Assembly (NCBI GenBank): GCA_947625555.1
Contig: CANQOT010000006.1
Location: 14,248-78,247, forward strand
DNA: 64,000 nt
Source of the DNA: an uncultured Clostridia bacterium
Lineage (GTDB): Bacteria; Bacillota; Clostridia; Christensenellales; Borkfalkiaceae
Direction: 5' to 3'
Under the pieces are notes generated by a model that did not search any database, was not told where the DNA came from, and was given only the letters and a program-made list of their open reading frames with translations. Shown here one piece after another: positions 33,567 through 46,800 of the stretch; position 1 is the stretch's first letter; every line of letters starts with the position of its first letter. The translations under genes and the position numbers were made by a program.

Positions 33567-34232
33567 CTACACGCTCTCACGGCGGGCGAGGACTTCGCCA
33601 GTCTCGCTGCCGAGGAGCAGGGAGATCGTCTTGCCCGTCTTATCGACGATGCCCACATAGTAGTAGGTCGCATCCCGCCTTAAAATGCGCACGCGGAACT
33701 CTCCGCCAAAGACGCCGTCCGTCGTCATGCGGGCAATGGCGTCCTTTTCGTGCGCGACGGCAAATTGCAGGGCCTCCTCTGCCGAAATGGTCTTTTCCGT
33801 CTTGACGGACGTCGCGACGATCTCGCGCTTTTCCTCGCCCCATTCGATGCGCATCGTCACCGAGCCCTCGGGGAAGGTTTCCAGCCCCTGCGAATAGTAA
33901 TGGTCGCCCCGCACGTTGCGATAGGAGGTCTCGCCGCCCCACTCCGTCTCGCCCGTCACGAACACGGAATAGTCGGCGTTCTCTTCGGCCACGATAGAGA
34001 TCTCGGCGAGCTTGGATCTGGGGCAGACGATGCCGTCGTCCGCATAGGGGTACTCCCGTTCGCTCAAAGAGAGGGTGACGGAAAATTCCTCCGTCTCGGC
34101 GATGAAGATATCCGATTTGATTTCGGAAAGGTGCTTGGCATAGTCGTATTTCCCTCCGCATCCCGCGAGGAGAAGAAAGAGGGGGAGCGCGCACGCGAGC
34201 GCGCATGTAAGGGCGAAAAACTTCTTTTTCAT
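33567..34232 (-). CDS. Hypothetical lipoprotein
   Basis: 221 aa. Lipobox CALPLFLLLAGCGG. No recognisable catalytic motif. Confidence 0.7.
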   Translation of the reverse strand: MKKKFFALTCALACALPLFLLLAGCGGKYDYAKHLSEIKSDIFIAETEEFSVTLSLSEREYPYADDGIVCPRSKLAEISIVAEENADYSVFVTGETEWGGETSYRNVRGDHYYSQGLETFPEGSVTMRIEWGEEKREIVATSVKTEKTISAEEALQFAVAHEKDAIARMTTDGVFGGEFRVRILRRDATYYYVGIVDKTGKTISLLLGSETGEVLARRESV

Positions 34233-34354
34233 GGTATCAAGTTATGAAAGGACACTTTTCTTCATGACAACATTCTCGATTTCTCTTGCAATTTTTTTAT
34301 ATATGTGTTACAATATGATACTGCGATAAAGATTGGAAAGAGCAAACTTACCCG

Positions 34355-35002
34355 ATGCGAGCAAGAACCATAGTTTTCAAAACCATCCTCATCACGTTCG
34401 GCGTGGTACTCATTCTGGCGATCGCCATCTTCGGCATCGTCTCTTTGGCCGCGCCCGCGACGATGATGCGCTTTACCGAATCCTTGGGGCTCACCGAAGT
34501 GAGCGGCGACTATGCCTTCCAGGAATACGAGCGCTCGGGATCCATCTCCTGCCTCGCAAATTCCTTCATCATCTCCGCCGAGCACAAGAAGGATAAGACG
34601 GCGGAGAGCCGCTTCGAACTTCTCTATCACTACGAGAGCGAAAAGACGACCTTTGCAGATTTTTGCAGGGAACAGGATGAACGCGTCACGGGGGGCACCG
34701 AGGATGCGCCCGAGCCCTACGCAGAGGGGACATACCGCGCCTATGTGTGCGGTCTGGCGGCCTGCGTCAAGTATCGCCTTGCGGAGAGCGAAGAGGATTT
34801 TGCGGCCGTCATCGAATTTGCCGTCGGCGAGACGCAAAAATCCTTCCCCGTCGGCAATCCCGCGATCGCGCTCGCAATGGAGGCGGTGAAGGCAAAGGAC
34901 GGGAGCTTCTGCAAAGAACTTCTTTCCGCGCTCGAAGCGGGTGAATTTGATGAGACCGCCGATTTTCTCGCCGTCGTCGGGATTTTAGGCGCCGTGCAAT
35001 GA
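34355..35002 (+). CDS. Hypothetical membrane-anchored protein
   Basis: 215 aa. Single N-terminal TM (ILITFGVVLILAIAIFGIVSLAA). Coding-like composition, but no family recognised. Confidence 0.55.
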   Translation: MRARTIVFKTILITFGVVLILAIAIFGIVSLAAPATMMRFTESLGLTEVSGDYAFQEYERSGSISCLANSFIISAEHKKDKTAESRFELLYHYESEKTTFADFCREQDERVTGGTEDAPEPYAEGTYRAYVCGLAACVKYRLAESEEDFAAVIEFAVGETQKSFPVGNPAIALAMEAVKAKDGSFCKELLSALEAGEFDETADFLAVVGILGAVQ

Positions 35003-35036
35003 ATTTGGCTGTGTAGCACAGGAACTTTTCAAAACA

Positions 35037-35066
35037 GGGCAGACGGCAGGTCTGCCTTTCTTCTTT
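35037..35066 (+). terminator. Rho-independent terminator
   Basis: ggcagac (35037-35043), loop ggcag, gtctgcc (35049-35055), tttcttctttt. Confidence 0.7.
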
Positions 35067-35099
35067 TGAGAAGTTCTCGGAGGGGAAGGAAGGTAAAAC

Positions 35100-35882
35100 A
35101 TGGAGAACAGAGAACTTTTACAGATCGCCATGCGACAATCCGCGATCGACCTTGGCTGCCGCGCGGAGGACTTTCTACGAACGGAAAATGTGATCGTCCG
35201 ATCCCAAAGCGATCCGCGTGCGCGCAAATACCTTGATTTGCCTTTTTCATGCAACCTTGTTTCCTATGGGAACAACATTGTTGCGTCCGTGGGAGAGTCC
35301 TATGCGGAGATCGTTGAAAATTTTCTCGCAAAATTTGAATTCTATCGTTGCTTCGAGACGCCCGCTCTGCAGATTTTAAGCGATGGACTTTCGTCGTTCG
35401 GCTTGCGGATTTGCTTTATGGCTGAATACTTCCTTCCGGACATGGGTGCCATGAAAGAGCTGAGCTGCCCGTTTTCTCTCCGCATTCTGGAGAAGGAGCA
35501 GCTTGCAACTTTTTACCTTCCGATGTGGAGCAATGCGCTCTCCATGGAGCATAGGGAGCGGGACGTGTTTGCAGTGGGTGCATTCGACGGCGACACGCTC
35601 TTGGGGCTTGCGGGCTGCAGTGCGGATTGTGATACCATGTGGCAGATCGGCGTAGATGTTTTGCCGCAATTTCGCAGAAGGGGCATCGGGAGCGCGCTTG
35701 TGAGCAGGCTTGCCCTCGAGATCCTGCGGCGCGGGGAAGTGCCCTTTTATTGTGCGGCATGGTCGAATTTGCGGTCAAAAAATACTGCGCTCAAGTGTGG
35801 ATTCCGCCCTGCTTGGGTGGAGCTTACCGCAAAGCCTGCAGCTTACACGCAAAAACTCATCGACGCAATGACTAAGAAGTGA
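35100..35882 (+). CDS. GNAT-family N-acetyltransferase
   Basis: 260 aa. Acetyl-CoA motif A QFRRRGIGSALVSRL. RBS ggaaggaagg. Confidence 0.75.
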   Translation: MENRELLQIAMRQSAIDLGCRAEDFLRTENVIVRSQSDPRARKYLDLPFSCNLVSYGNNIVASVGESYAEIVENFLAKFEFYRCFETPALQILSDGLSSFGLRICFMAEYFLPDMGAMKELSCPFSLRILEKEQLATFYLPMWSNALSMEHRERDVFAVGAFDGDTLLGLAGCSADCDTMWQIGVDVLPQFRRRGIGSALVSRLALEILRRGEVPFYCAAWSNLRSKNTALKCGFRPAWVELTAKPAAYTQKLIDAMTKK

Positions 35883-35906
35883 AAGAGATCAATAGAGGGG
35901 GAACAT

Positions 35907-36500
35907 ATGGAAAAGTGCGCATGGTGCCGCGACGGGGGGCTCAACGAACACTACCACGATACGGAGTGGGGCGTGCCCCTCTTCGACGAGAAAAAGCAAT
36001 TCGAATTTTTGATGCTCGAGGTCATGCAGTGCGGGCTCTCGTGGACGCTCATGCTCAAAAAGCGGGAGATCTTCCGCGCCGCGTTCGACGGGTTCGACTA
36101 TGAGAAGGTCGCCCGCTATACCGAGGCGGACGTGGAGCGCATTTTGCGCGCGCCCGGCATGATAAAGTCGGAGCGCAAGGTGCGGGCCGTCATCTGCAAT
36201 GCCCAAAGATTTTTGGAGATCGGGGAGGAGTTCGGCTCCTTTTCCGCCTTCATTTGGAGCTTCACGGGCGGCAAGACGTTCGTCTATCCGCGTCACAGGA
36301 CGGAATGGGTCGCGCGCAACGCACTCTCGGACATGGTGGCCTCCGAGCTCGTCAAACGGGGGTTCAAATACCTCGGTTCCGTCACCGTCTATTCCCATTT
36401 GCAGGCATGCGGCGTCATCTGCGACCACGAGGAAAACTGTCCGCGCTACGCCTTCATCACGGAGAACTTTCCCGTCGAGATCCGCGAGGGGGAATTATAG
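35907..36500 (+). CDS. tag: DNA-3-methyladenine glycosylase I
   Basis: 197 aa. Motifs CAWC..YHDTEWGVP, FEFLMLEVMQCGLSW and the C-terminal zinc ligands HLQACG. Confidence 0.92.
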   Translation: MEKCAWCRDGGLNEHYHDTEWGVPLFDEKKQFEFLMLEVMQCGLSWTLMLKKREIFRAAFDGFDYEKVARYTEADVERILRAPGMIKSERKVRAVICNAQRFLEIGEEFGSFSAFIWSFTGGKTFVYPRHRTEWVARNALSDMVASELVKRGFKYLGSVTVYSHLQACGVICDHEENCPRYAFITENFPVEIREGEL

Positions 36501-37532
36501 GCCGAAAAACTTTTTATTGAATATCACGGACGGATGATCGGGGGCGATTGCCTCCGATTTTTTGTGGCATTCGAGCGCTTTTTCCCGCTCGCCGAGGGAG
36601 TAGTAGCAGACGACGAGCTCCAAGAGGGGCGTGACGGTGCGGCAGGCGGGATATTCGAAGTCGCCCTCCGCGCTATGGTCGCGGGCATGAAGCGCCGCCT
36701 CGTACCAATACGCCGCTTCACGGTACTGTTTTTGCGCCTTGAAGAGGGCGCCGAGCTCGCACAGGACGGAGGCACGGGGCTCCCCGTAGCGGAAACTTTC
36801 GAAGAGGGCGGAGAGCGCGCCCTTCGCATCGCCCTTTGCAAGGCGGCAACGCGCAAGTACCTTGCACGCCTCGATCTTGTTCACATACCACCCGTCTCCC
36901 GCGAGCATTTCCAAAAGGACGGCCTCGGCCTGCGTGTAGAGATTGTGCTCGCAAAGTTCCCGCCCGAAGTAGAAGAGATCGCGCCCCGAGAGCTTCTCTT
37001 TTTCCGCCCATTTTTCGTAGATGAAGAGGTTCCGCATGCCCTTATCCCTTCCGCAAGGCAGGTGCAAAACGGAGAGATCGCAGTGCACGGTCTTCCCGAA
37101 CGGAGGGATGCACTCGTGGACATGCCCCCGCCATTTTGCGTCTGCACAGTTTTTTACAATGCGTTCGCGCAGGTAGACGAGGCCGCCTGTCCCGTAGGGG
37201 CACATCACGGTATCCGCGCCCGTCTCTTCGAGCATTTCGCGGAGGGCGGGGAACTTTTCCGCGCTTGCGGGCGGCAGCACGTCGTCCGCATCCAGCCACA
37301 TGAGATAGTCGCCCGAGGCTTGCGAGAAGGAGAAGTTGCGCGCCGCGGCAAAGTCGTCCTCCCACGCGAGCCGAAAGACGCGGGCGCCCAAACTTTCCGC
37401 GATCTCCCGCGTGCCGTCTGCGGAGCCCGTATCGACGACCACGATCTCGTCGACGAGCCCGCCGACACTTTCGAGGCACCGCCCGAGCACCTCTTCCTCA
37501 TCCTTCACGATCATGCAAAGCGATATCGTCAT
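36495..37532 (-). CDS. Family-2 glycosyltransferase with C-terminal TPR repeats
   Basis: 345 aa. Motifs SLCMIVKDEEEVLGRCLES, VVVDTGSADGT and WLDADD (DxD). TPR-like C-terminal half. The 3' end overlaps tag by 6 nt (convergent). Confidence 0.85.
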   Translation of the reverse strand: MTISLCMIVKDEEEVLGRCLESVGGLVDEIVVVDTGSADGTREIAESLGARVFRLAWEDDFAAARNFSFSQASGDYLMWLDADDVLPPASAEKFPALREMLEETGADTVMCPYGTGGLVYLRERIVKNCADAKWRGHVHECIPPFGKTVHCDLSVLHLPCGRDKGMRNLFIYEKWAEKEKLSGRDLFYFGRELCEHNLYTQAEAVLLEMLAGDGWYVNKIEACKVLARCRLAKGDAKGALSALFESFRYGEPRASVLCELGALFKAQKQYREAAYWYEAALHARDHSAEGDFEYPACRTVTPLLELVVCYYSLGEREKALECHKKSEAIAPDHPSVIFNKKFFGL

Positions 37533-37719
37533 ATCTTGTCACCTCGATGTTCTTTTTTACAATATGATGATATCCGACCTTTCGTGCCGCCCGCCTCCCG
37601 CGACGAAAAAATTTTTGTATATTCATTTCAAAAAATATGAATATATAAAAAAATCAGAAAAAAGTATCCCAAAAATGGCGAAAAAAAGAAAAAAAATTGA
37701 AATATTGCGTGTCATTTGT

Positions 37720-37750
37720 TTGACAACGGGTGGGGGTCGTATGCTATTAT
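37720..37750 (+). promoter_or_regulatory. Candidate promoter for the giant LRR gene
   Basis: TTGACA (37720-37725), 19 nt spacer, TGcTATTAT extended -10 (37742-37750). It lies in an AT-rich 325-nt divergent intergenic region. The spacer is long, hence the low confidence. Confidence 0.35.
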
Positions 37751-37857
37751 GGATTCATATTTTAATTAAGGATAGTTCCTGCGCCTACGGCAAACATCTC
37801 GGGATATGAATAAAAAAATTGGGCGGAGTGAATAAATTCAAAAAAGGAGTTGTAACC

Positions 37858-40800
37858 ATGAAGAAATTTGCGAAACGCTTTACACTCGCATTTCTTGCGG
37901 GGATCCTCATGGCGCTCGGCGCCGTTCTCGGCGCTTGCGGCGGCAAAGATCCCGAACCGAGCGAAGAGCAGGGCCTGTATTACTACGACGCAGGTACGGA
38001 GGAATACACGCTCGAGCTCATTCTCGGCAACACCTTCACCCTTGAGATGAAAGGGAAGGAGATGACGGGCAAATATGAATTGGACGGCGAACTTCTCACG
38101 CTCAAAGTGAAGAAGGGCGACGAGCTCTCCGCCAACTATTACGAGAACGCCGTCACGCTTACCTATGAAGAGGCTACATACCGTTTCCTCAAAAAGATCG
38201 ATTACACCGTGACGTTCCAGACGAACGGCGGCACCGCCGTCGATGCGCAGAAGGTCGTCAACGGCAAGACGGTCGCCAAGCCGGATGATCCCTCCAAGAC
38301 GGACGCCGCGACGCAGGAAGACCTCGTCTTCATCGGTTGGTACACGGATAATGGGACCTTCAAAAATCCCTATCTCTTCTCGCAGCCCGTCACGGGGGAT
38401 CTCACCCTCTATGCCCGATTTGTTGCGAATATCCACCCCGAGTTCACGGTGAAATTCGACGCGGGCGAAGGCGTTGAAGCGATCCCCGACGAGACGACGG
38501 TCGCCCACAAGCTTTTTGCCGAGCAACTTCCCACGCCCCAAAAGAAGGGCGCGGAATTCTTGGGCTGGTATGTCTCGCAGTCCTACTCAAAGAATGAACT
38601 TTCTTACCTCTACACCGCCGAGCAGGTCCTCGCGGAAAGCACCACCCTCTACGCCGTATGGGACGACGGCAGCCCCGTTGTCTCCGTCAATTCCGCAGGC
38701 GTCGAGGTGAAATTGGCGACGCTCGGCCAGCGCTACTATATCACCATTTTGGGGCCCGACGGCGGGGTTCTCGTCAACAATGTGACGAACACCGGCGCCA
38801 CCTATCCCTACAACTTTGCCTCCGGGGCGGCGGGCAAATACACGATCACCGTGACGATCGGGGAGAAGACGACGACACGTTATTTCGTCAACAAGACGCT
38901 TGCGCGCGTCTCCGTCTTCGAAGTGGAGGGCGATGTTGTCCTCTTCAACGCCGTCGAGAACGCCGCGAAGTATCTGCTCTCCGTCGAATGCGGCACCGTG
39001 GGGCACGATCATAGCGAGATCGACCTCGGCACGGAGCGCAGCTGGTCGTTTGCGGACTGCGATATGCCCGAGAACGGCTTTGTATTCACGGTCACGGCAG
39101 TCGGTGCGAACGGCTATGTAAATTCCGTCTCCGAAGCCTTCCGCTACAAGCGCGAGCTCAAGAGCGTGACGGGGATTAAGGCAGAGAGCGCCAAGGAACA
39201 GATCAAGTGGAATGCCGTCGAAGAGGCGACCTCTTACGTTGTTACGATCAAGAAGGGCGAAGAGACGGTGTTTGCACAGAATGTCGGCAACACGACTTCC
39301 ATCGATCTCAAATATTACCCCAAAGGGGAATACACCATTCTCGTTCAGCCCGTCGCACGCGGCTGGAACTCCCCCGCGGCGACTTCCTACACCTATCAAA
39401 AGACGCGTCTCGGGACGCCGAAGGACCTCACCTATGCGGAGAACAGCCTCGAATGGGAAGCCTCCGAGGGCGCAGAGAAGTATATCGTCACCGCCGACGG
39501 CGAGGAGCACATCTGCGAGGGGACGTCGGTCTCGCTCGACGAACTCAACCTCAACGGCGCAATCGAAAACCACAAAATCAGCGTGCGCGCACGGGCGCAG
39601 GGCGCCGACGATTCTCTCGAATCGGGTGTGATCACACTGCGCACGACGACGCTCGGCGAACTGACGTATCGGGGCGGCGTTCTCAGCTGGGATCCCATCA
39701 TCGGCATCGATACATATGAAGTGACGGTGGGCAGCGATGCGCCCGTCGAAGTGACGGACAGTTCCTATAACGTCGTCTTCCATCAGGCGGGCGAAGTGAC
39801 GATCACCGTCAAAGTAAAGGACGGGTCGATCTCCGATACCAAGCATATCACGGTCACCGTCTATGAGCTTGCCCTTCAAATGGACCGCGAAGGTGCGAAC
39901 CCGCTCGCCTCGCTCTATCTTGCAGACGGCGACCCCGTGAACCCCGCAACGCCCGAGTTCCCCGGCTACACGTTCACCCATTGGTATACGGGTCCCGCAA
40001 GCGTGAGCGGCCGCACGGAATTCCCGACAAACAGTCAATTCGATCATACCGGAAATGTCAACACGCTCTATGCGGGTTGGGAGGCGAACATCTACACGGT
40101 CACCTTCAACCTCGGGCGGTACGGCGATACCTCGCAGACGTTGAAAGCGGTCAAGGTCCGTTTCGGCGATATGGCGGATATCGACGGGAACCCGCTTCCC
40201 ATCGCGCTCTCGCTGGATACCAACCGCGTCTTCTCCGGATGGCACTTTAACAACGACATGGGCATTCAGCTCACAGACGCCAAGGGCGTGTTCACGACGA
40301 AGTATCTCCAACCCTCGGATATGACGCTTTATGCTTCGTATGCGGAACTGTTCCTCTTCACCACCACGACGAACGACAATGGGGCGAAGGAGGTGTCTGT
40401 CTCCGCAGGTCCCGCCATCAAGCAGGGCATCGTGACCGAAGCCAGGATCCCCGAGAGATACGAGGGGGCCCCCATCGTCCGTGTGCTCGACTTCACGTCG
40501 TGCGGCAAACTCGAATCGATCGATATCCCGGGTACCGTCACGCTCATGGTCGTCTCGGGCTCGGGCAACGTCTTCGATAAATGCACCGCGCTCAAAGCGG
40601 TCAACATCTATGATGTAACAGGCGTGGAAAAAGTTTTCTTCTCCGACGACGGCGTCTTGTATTATGAGAACAGCGTTCTCGGGGTCAAAGAACTTCGTTT
40701 CTTCCCTGTGGCGAAGGCGGGCAGCTACGAGATCCCCGCAGGGGTCGAAGTCATACAGTCGGGCGCATTCGTCAACACCGATAAACTTACGAGCCTCACG

Positions 40801-43800
40801 ATCTCCAAGGACGTCATCACCATCGAGACCGGCGCGTTCAACGGCTGCGACGGGCTCACCGATCTCATCTTCGAGAGCGGCGGCACGTTGGAACTCACCA
40901 TTCGCGAAGGTGCGTTCGACGGCTGCGACGCCCTCAGCTCCATCAATCTTCCCGCACGTCTGAAAGAATTCGATAAGACGACGTTCCGCAACTTCGAAGG
41001 GCTTACGACCATCGAAGTGGAAGCGGGCAGCACATTCTCTGCGATAGACGGGCTTCTTGTCCAACAATATGGCGAGAATGGCGGACAGTACGAGATCGTC
41101 TTTGCCCCGAGGGGCAGAGAGTTCGGCGACTACAAGATCACCGATTCTTCCATCGTCTCCATCGGCGAGGAAGCGTTCTATGAGCATAAGAAACTTACGG
41201 GCATCACCATCCCCGCATGGATCCGGAATATCGGGACGAATGCCTTCGGGCACCTCGCCGGTACAAGTACCTCCGGGTTTGGCAAGATCGTCTTCGAAGG
41301 GCAGAAGGGCGACCCCGACCTCACCATTCAGGAAAAGGCGTTCTATGCGGGCTACCTGACCACGAGCAAAATCGATAGCGGCACCAACTCACGCGTCGAT
41401 GCGCTGCGTCTTCCCGCCAACCTCGTCTCCCTCGGCGCATATGCCTTCGGCAGATATTCCAAGATCACGGAAGTCTATGTCGACGTCGATACGGGCGATA
41501 CGGGGAAGGAGATCGACTTCGAGGAAAACGCATTCTGCAGCGAGAGCGGCTCTTTGATGTATGTCACGACGGTGCACATCGGCGCAGGCTGCCCCGCATT
41601 CAGCTACTCGGGCGTGTTCGGCACCAAGCTCACCACCGTCGAGATCGACCACGATAACCCTTACGTCAAGGAGGAGAACAGCGTCGTTTACAATATCGGA
41701 TTGACGGATATCCTGTTCTATCCCAACGAGAAGGAAGGGGCATACATTGTTCCCGATACCGTTCTCGCCATTCGCTCCTCGACGTTTGCAAACAGGAAGG
41801 GGCTCACGGAGATCACCATCCCCGCATCCGTTACGAGCGTGGGCGAAAATGCCTTCAACGGCTGCACCGCTCTCAAAAAGGTCACCTTCCTCGAACCCGA
41901 AGGGGGGGAGACGGCGGAGGACCTCACCATCGAGGCACGCGCCTTCTACGGGTGCACCCAGCTCAGCGATATCGAGCTTCCCGATCGCCTCGTGCATCTC
42001 GGCTTGAACTGCTTCTACAACTGCGACGGTCTTGAAAGCATCCACTTTCCCAAGAACCTTGCGAGGATCGACGCCGTTGCGGAGACTTCGAGTACGCCCG
42101 CGCACTGGGATATCTTCCAAGGGTGCAACAATTTGAAGAACGTCACCGTCGACGAGGCGAACGAGAACTACACGGCGATCGACGGCGTGATCTACGGTCT
42201 CGAAGAGTTCAAGATCGTAAAGGATGGCACGAAGGTCGTCGAGAAGGTGCCCTATGAGGCATTCTACTGCTCGCCCGGCGCAGAGGGGACGGTCACCGTT
42301 CCCGGGACGGTGCGCAACATTGCCACCTACGCCTTCCGCGATATCAACCATGTTGAAAAGATCGTCTTTGCTCCGCTCGTCGATCTCTACGATGCGAAGA
42401 GCGAGGAAGACGCTCTCATCGATATCGAGCTCACCTTCCAGAAGTATGCCTTCTACGGGTTCAATACCGATAGTGCGACATACGGATCATACAACCAAAG
42501 CGTTAAGGAAGTCGTCTTCCCGCAGGGGATCAAGGAGATGGGGGATTATCTCCTCTATAGCTTCAAGGGGATCACCAAGCTCACCATCCCCAACACCGTG
42601 ACGAGCATCCATCCGAAGGCATTCTACGGGTGCTATGCCCTTGCGGACGTCACCTTCGAAGAGGGCGGGGAAGAGCCGCTCGTCCTCGAGGACGGCTTGT
42701 CGGAAGGCGGCGGCAGCGAGGGATCGAACATCTACGGCGTGTTCGCCGATTACTGGAGCGGCATGTCGACGACGCCGTCGGTGAACAGGTTCGAGCACAT
42801 CAAGACCATCCACTTCCCCAAGCGGCTGCAAAGGCTCGGCAAAAACACGTTCTACTACTCCAAGGTCGAAGAAGTCACATTCGCACCGGGAACGGAAAAT
42901 CTTGAGATCGGCAACAGCGCGTTCTATCGCTGTTCCAATCTCGATCCCGACTTCGTGATCCCCGAGGGGACCATCAGCATTGGGGAGAGCGTGTTCTCCT
43001 ATGTATCTCTCAACAAGATCGAGCTTCCGAGCACGCTCAAAACGCTTGCAGATTATGCGTTCTCGTCGGTGAAACTTCTTCAACCGCAGGAGACGTTCAT
43101 CGTTCCCGCAAACGTCGTGAGCATCGGCAGCTATATCTTCTCGAGCATTCCGACCGTAAAATTCAAGACCATCGACTTCTCCAAGGCGACGAAACTTGCC
43201 TCCATCGGGAATTACGCATTCTCCGGGCAAAACCAACTCACGAGCGTGAAGTTTGCGCCGCAGAGCGCGAACCCCGTTCCGCTCACGATCGGGAATTCCG
43301 CATTTGCAACCGCGACGGCGCTCGAAAGCATCACCATTCCCGCCTATGTCACCTCGCTCGGCAACTACGTCTTCCAGAACGACAGCGCGCTCAGGACCGT
43401 CACATTCGATACCTACACGGAGGGCGACAAGCAGGGCAAGAGCGATCTTGCAAGCATCGGGCAGCAGGCGTTCTCGAAGAGCGGCGTCACAAAGATCGTC
43501 TTCCCCGAGTCCACGGCAGAGGAGCTCACGCTCGGCGATAAGCTGTTCAGCTTCTGCACCAAGATCACGGAAGTGACTGTTCCCAACTCCGTACACGATA
43601 TCAATAACGTGTTCACGGGCTGCGGCAGCCTTAAAACGATCACGATCGCAGAGGGCAGCGACTACTTCTCGAACAAGGGAGATCTGCCCGTCCTCTACGA
43701 CGCACAGGGTAACTCCGTTCTCTACGTCTTCGCGGAAGTCAAGGGCGACTTCGGGACGATCGGCGGCACCACGATCGGCGAGGGCGCCTTCAACGGGCAG

Positions 43801-46800
43801 GCGAGCATCACCAAGCTCACCATCGCCTCCACCGTGCAGGAGATCGGCGCGAGCGCCTTTGCAAACTGCATCAATTTGGAAGAAGTCGTCTTCGAGCAGG
43901 GCAGCGCGCTCACCAAGATCGGCGCGAACGCCTTCGAGAACTGCTTCAAGCTCCGCTCCATCAACTTGCAGATATGCACGAATCTCACAGCCATTCCCGG
44001 GTATCTGTTCAAGAACTGCCCCTCGCTCAAAGAGATCACCCTTCCTTCCTCCGTCACGAGCCTTGCGGCATACGCACTCTCGTATGTGGGGGCGGAGACG
44101 ATCGACCTCTCGGCCTGCACGGGGCTCACCGATCTTGCAAACTACACCTTCGGGTACGATAGGCAGCTCACCGATATCAAGCTCCCGGCTTCCATCGAAT
44201 TTCTCGGGCAGAACACCTTCCGCTACTGCGATTCGCTCACGGAGCTCGACCTCTCGATGACAAAAGTCGTGCATATCTCGAATACGAAGGGATCGGCACA
44301 GGCGGAGGCCTCGTCGCCCGCCTCTCTCGGCGTTTTCGGTTCCGAGAATCTTGAGACGGTGAGACTCCCCGCGACCATTAAATCCATCGGGAACGGCACC
44401 TTCTCGGGCGCGAACAGCCTCAAATATGTCTATATCGGAAACCTCGAAGCGAACGATTTCACCACGGTCGAAAAGTTCCTCTACGGTGCATTTGCCCATT
44501 CGGGCATCACGAGCGCGAAGATCGCGGGAACGAGCACCTTCATAACGAAGGTCCGCAACTCAGCCACGACGACCACCTCGCTCAAGGGGACGTTCTCGGG
44601 TTGTGCGAACCTCACAAAGGTGGAGATCGTATCGCCCGAAAACCTCACTTCGATCCCCGACGATATGTTCGGCGGCTGCGCAAGTCTTTCCGAGTTCAAC
44701 TTCACTTCGCTTATAAACCTGACCTCCATCGGGAAATTCGCGTTCCTCGGCTGCGGATTTGAGAGCATCGACCTCTCGAAGTGCGTTGGCGGCTCGTCCT
44801 TCCTCGGCGCAGAGGGGGCGTTCCAGAACTGCACGCAGCTCTCCTCGGTGAAACTTCCCGCGACCGTCGGCACGATGGGCAACAAGGTGTTTATGAACAC
44901 CGGGTTCGTCAACATCGATCTCAAGGATTTCGCAGGCGTCACCAAGTTCGGCACCTACGCGTTTGCGGATTGCATCGCCCTCGAGACGGTGCACTTCCCC
45001 GCGAAAGTTCCGACCCTCAACACCTACATGTTCAACGGCTGCACCGAACTTGACACGGTCACCTTCGAAGAAGGCTTCAAGGCAGAGTTCCAGAACTATA
45101 TGTTCGGCAGCTGCTCGAGCCTCGAGCATATCGACTTGAGCAATGTGGACATCACCAAGTTCGGGACCTATACCTTTAACAAGTGCGTCAGCCTTCAAGA
45201 GATCGACCTCAGTAATTGCTCGGCGGTTGCACTCGGCAACTATATGTTCGACGGCTGCGAGAACTTGACTTCCGTCAAGCTCTCGAACAAGCTCAACTAC
45301 ATCGGCACCTATTCGTTCAGGAACTGCATCTCGCTTGAAACGCTCGATCTCTCCCAGACGCAGCTCAAGATCATTTCCACGAGCGCGACCACGAACGTCA
45401 CCTATTCGACGGCTGCACACACCTTCGAGAACTGCACCAGCTTGCACACGCTGAAGCTGCCCGAGGGCATCACGCAGATCGCCGGGCAGGTGTTCCTCAA
45501 CTGCACGAGCCTCAAGACCATCGAGAACCTCGACTTCGCCAACCTCACCGCGATCGGCAAAGAGGCCTTCCGCAACAGCGGCATCACGGGCACCGTCACC
45601 CTCGGCAGCGGGCTCACCGTGCTCGGCGAATATGCGTTCGTCGGCTGCGAAGGGATCGCGGCGTTCACGGGCAGCGCTTCGGGCGTGCATATGGCCTCCA
45701 CCACGGATGCTTTCGATATCGCAGGCGAAAGCAACGGGCTTCTCACCGCCACGAACACGGCAGATGGCGTGAAGACCGTCGTCGGACTTCCCAAAGATGT
45801 GGGCGTGACGGACGATACGCTCTCGCTCACGGGCGACTTTACCCTCGGCGCGTACATCTTCGACGGCTTCACGCTCACGGGCGTGACCAAGCTCGACCTC
45901 TCCGGCCTTACCGCGACGGCGATCCCGAACTATGCGTTCGCGAACAGCTCCTTCACGGAGATCGTCCTGCCCGATACGATCACCACGATCGGCACATACG
46001 CATTCGACGGCGCCGCCAACCTCACCACGGTGAATTTGCCGCAGGGGCTTCTCTCAATCGGCAACTACGCGTTCCGCGACTGCGTAAGCCTTGCAGACGT
46101 GACACTGCCCGAAGGGATCGAGACGCTCGGCACCTATCTCTTCCAGAACTGCACGAGCCTCACGAAGATCAATATCCCCGCGAGCCTCAAGGCGATCCCG
46201 AACTATGCGTTCGCCGGCACGTCGCTCACCGACCTCAAGATCCCCGAAACTCTCGAGAGCATCGGCATGTATGCGTACCAGTCGACCAAGCTCGGAGACG
46301 TCGTCATCCCCGCAACGCTCACAAAACTCGGGGAGTACGCCTTCCAGCTCAGCACGATCAAATCCGTCACGTTCGAGGGCAGCACGATCGAGCCCGTCGA
46401 TACGAACGGTGCGCCGTACACGATCGCCTACTGGTTCGACCAGTGCGCAGAACTCAAGGACGTCGACTTCGGACCGCGCACCGTCATCTACTCGCGTGAG
46501 TTCCAGAAGAGCGGCATCGAGGAGATCACCATCCCCGCGACCATTCAGTCCTTCAGCGGCGGTTACGTCTTCTGGGAGTGCCAGAACCTCACGACGGTGA
46601 CCTTCAAGAGTAATCCAATCGACGGATCGTCTTCGGTCCCGAGCTACCTGTTCAAGGATTGCACCGCGCTTACGACCGTCGAGCTTCCCGAAGATCTCGT
46701 CACGATCGGTTCGAGCATGTTCGAAAACTGCCCGATGCTCACAAACATCACCATCCCCGAGACCGTCACGACGATCAACGGCAGCGCATTCAAGGGTTGC

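Noticed and set aside
3457-37857. N-terminal extensions of track ORFs: 3457-3828 (rlmN), 6142-6234 (dipeptidase), 11653-11697 (malQ), 21776-21847, 25344-25475, 27871-27924 (lepA), 29935-30072 (hemW), 37819-37857, 47170-47190, 11308-11325 (minus strand), 25201-25227 (minus strand).
   Set aside because: A downstream start has a proper RBS and gives the family-typical N-terminus or signal peptide. The extensions overlap upstream genes, promoters or repeats.
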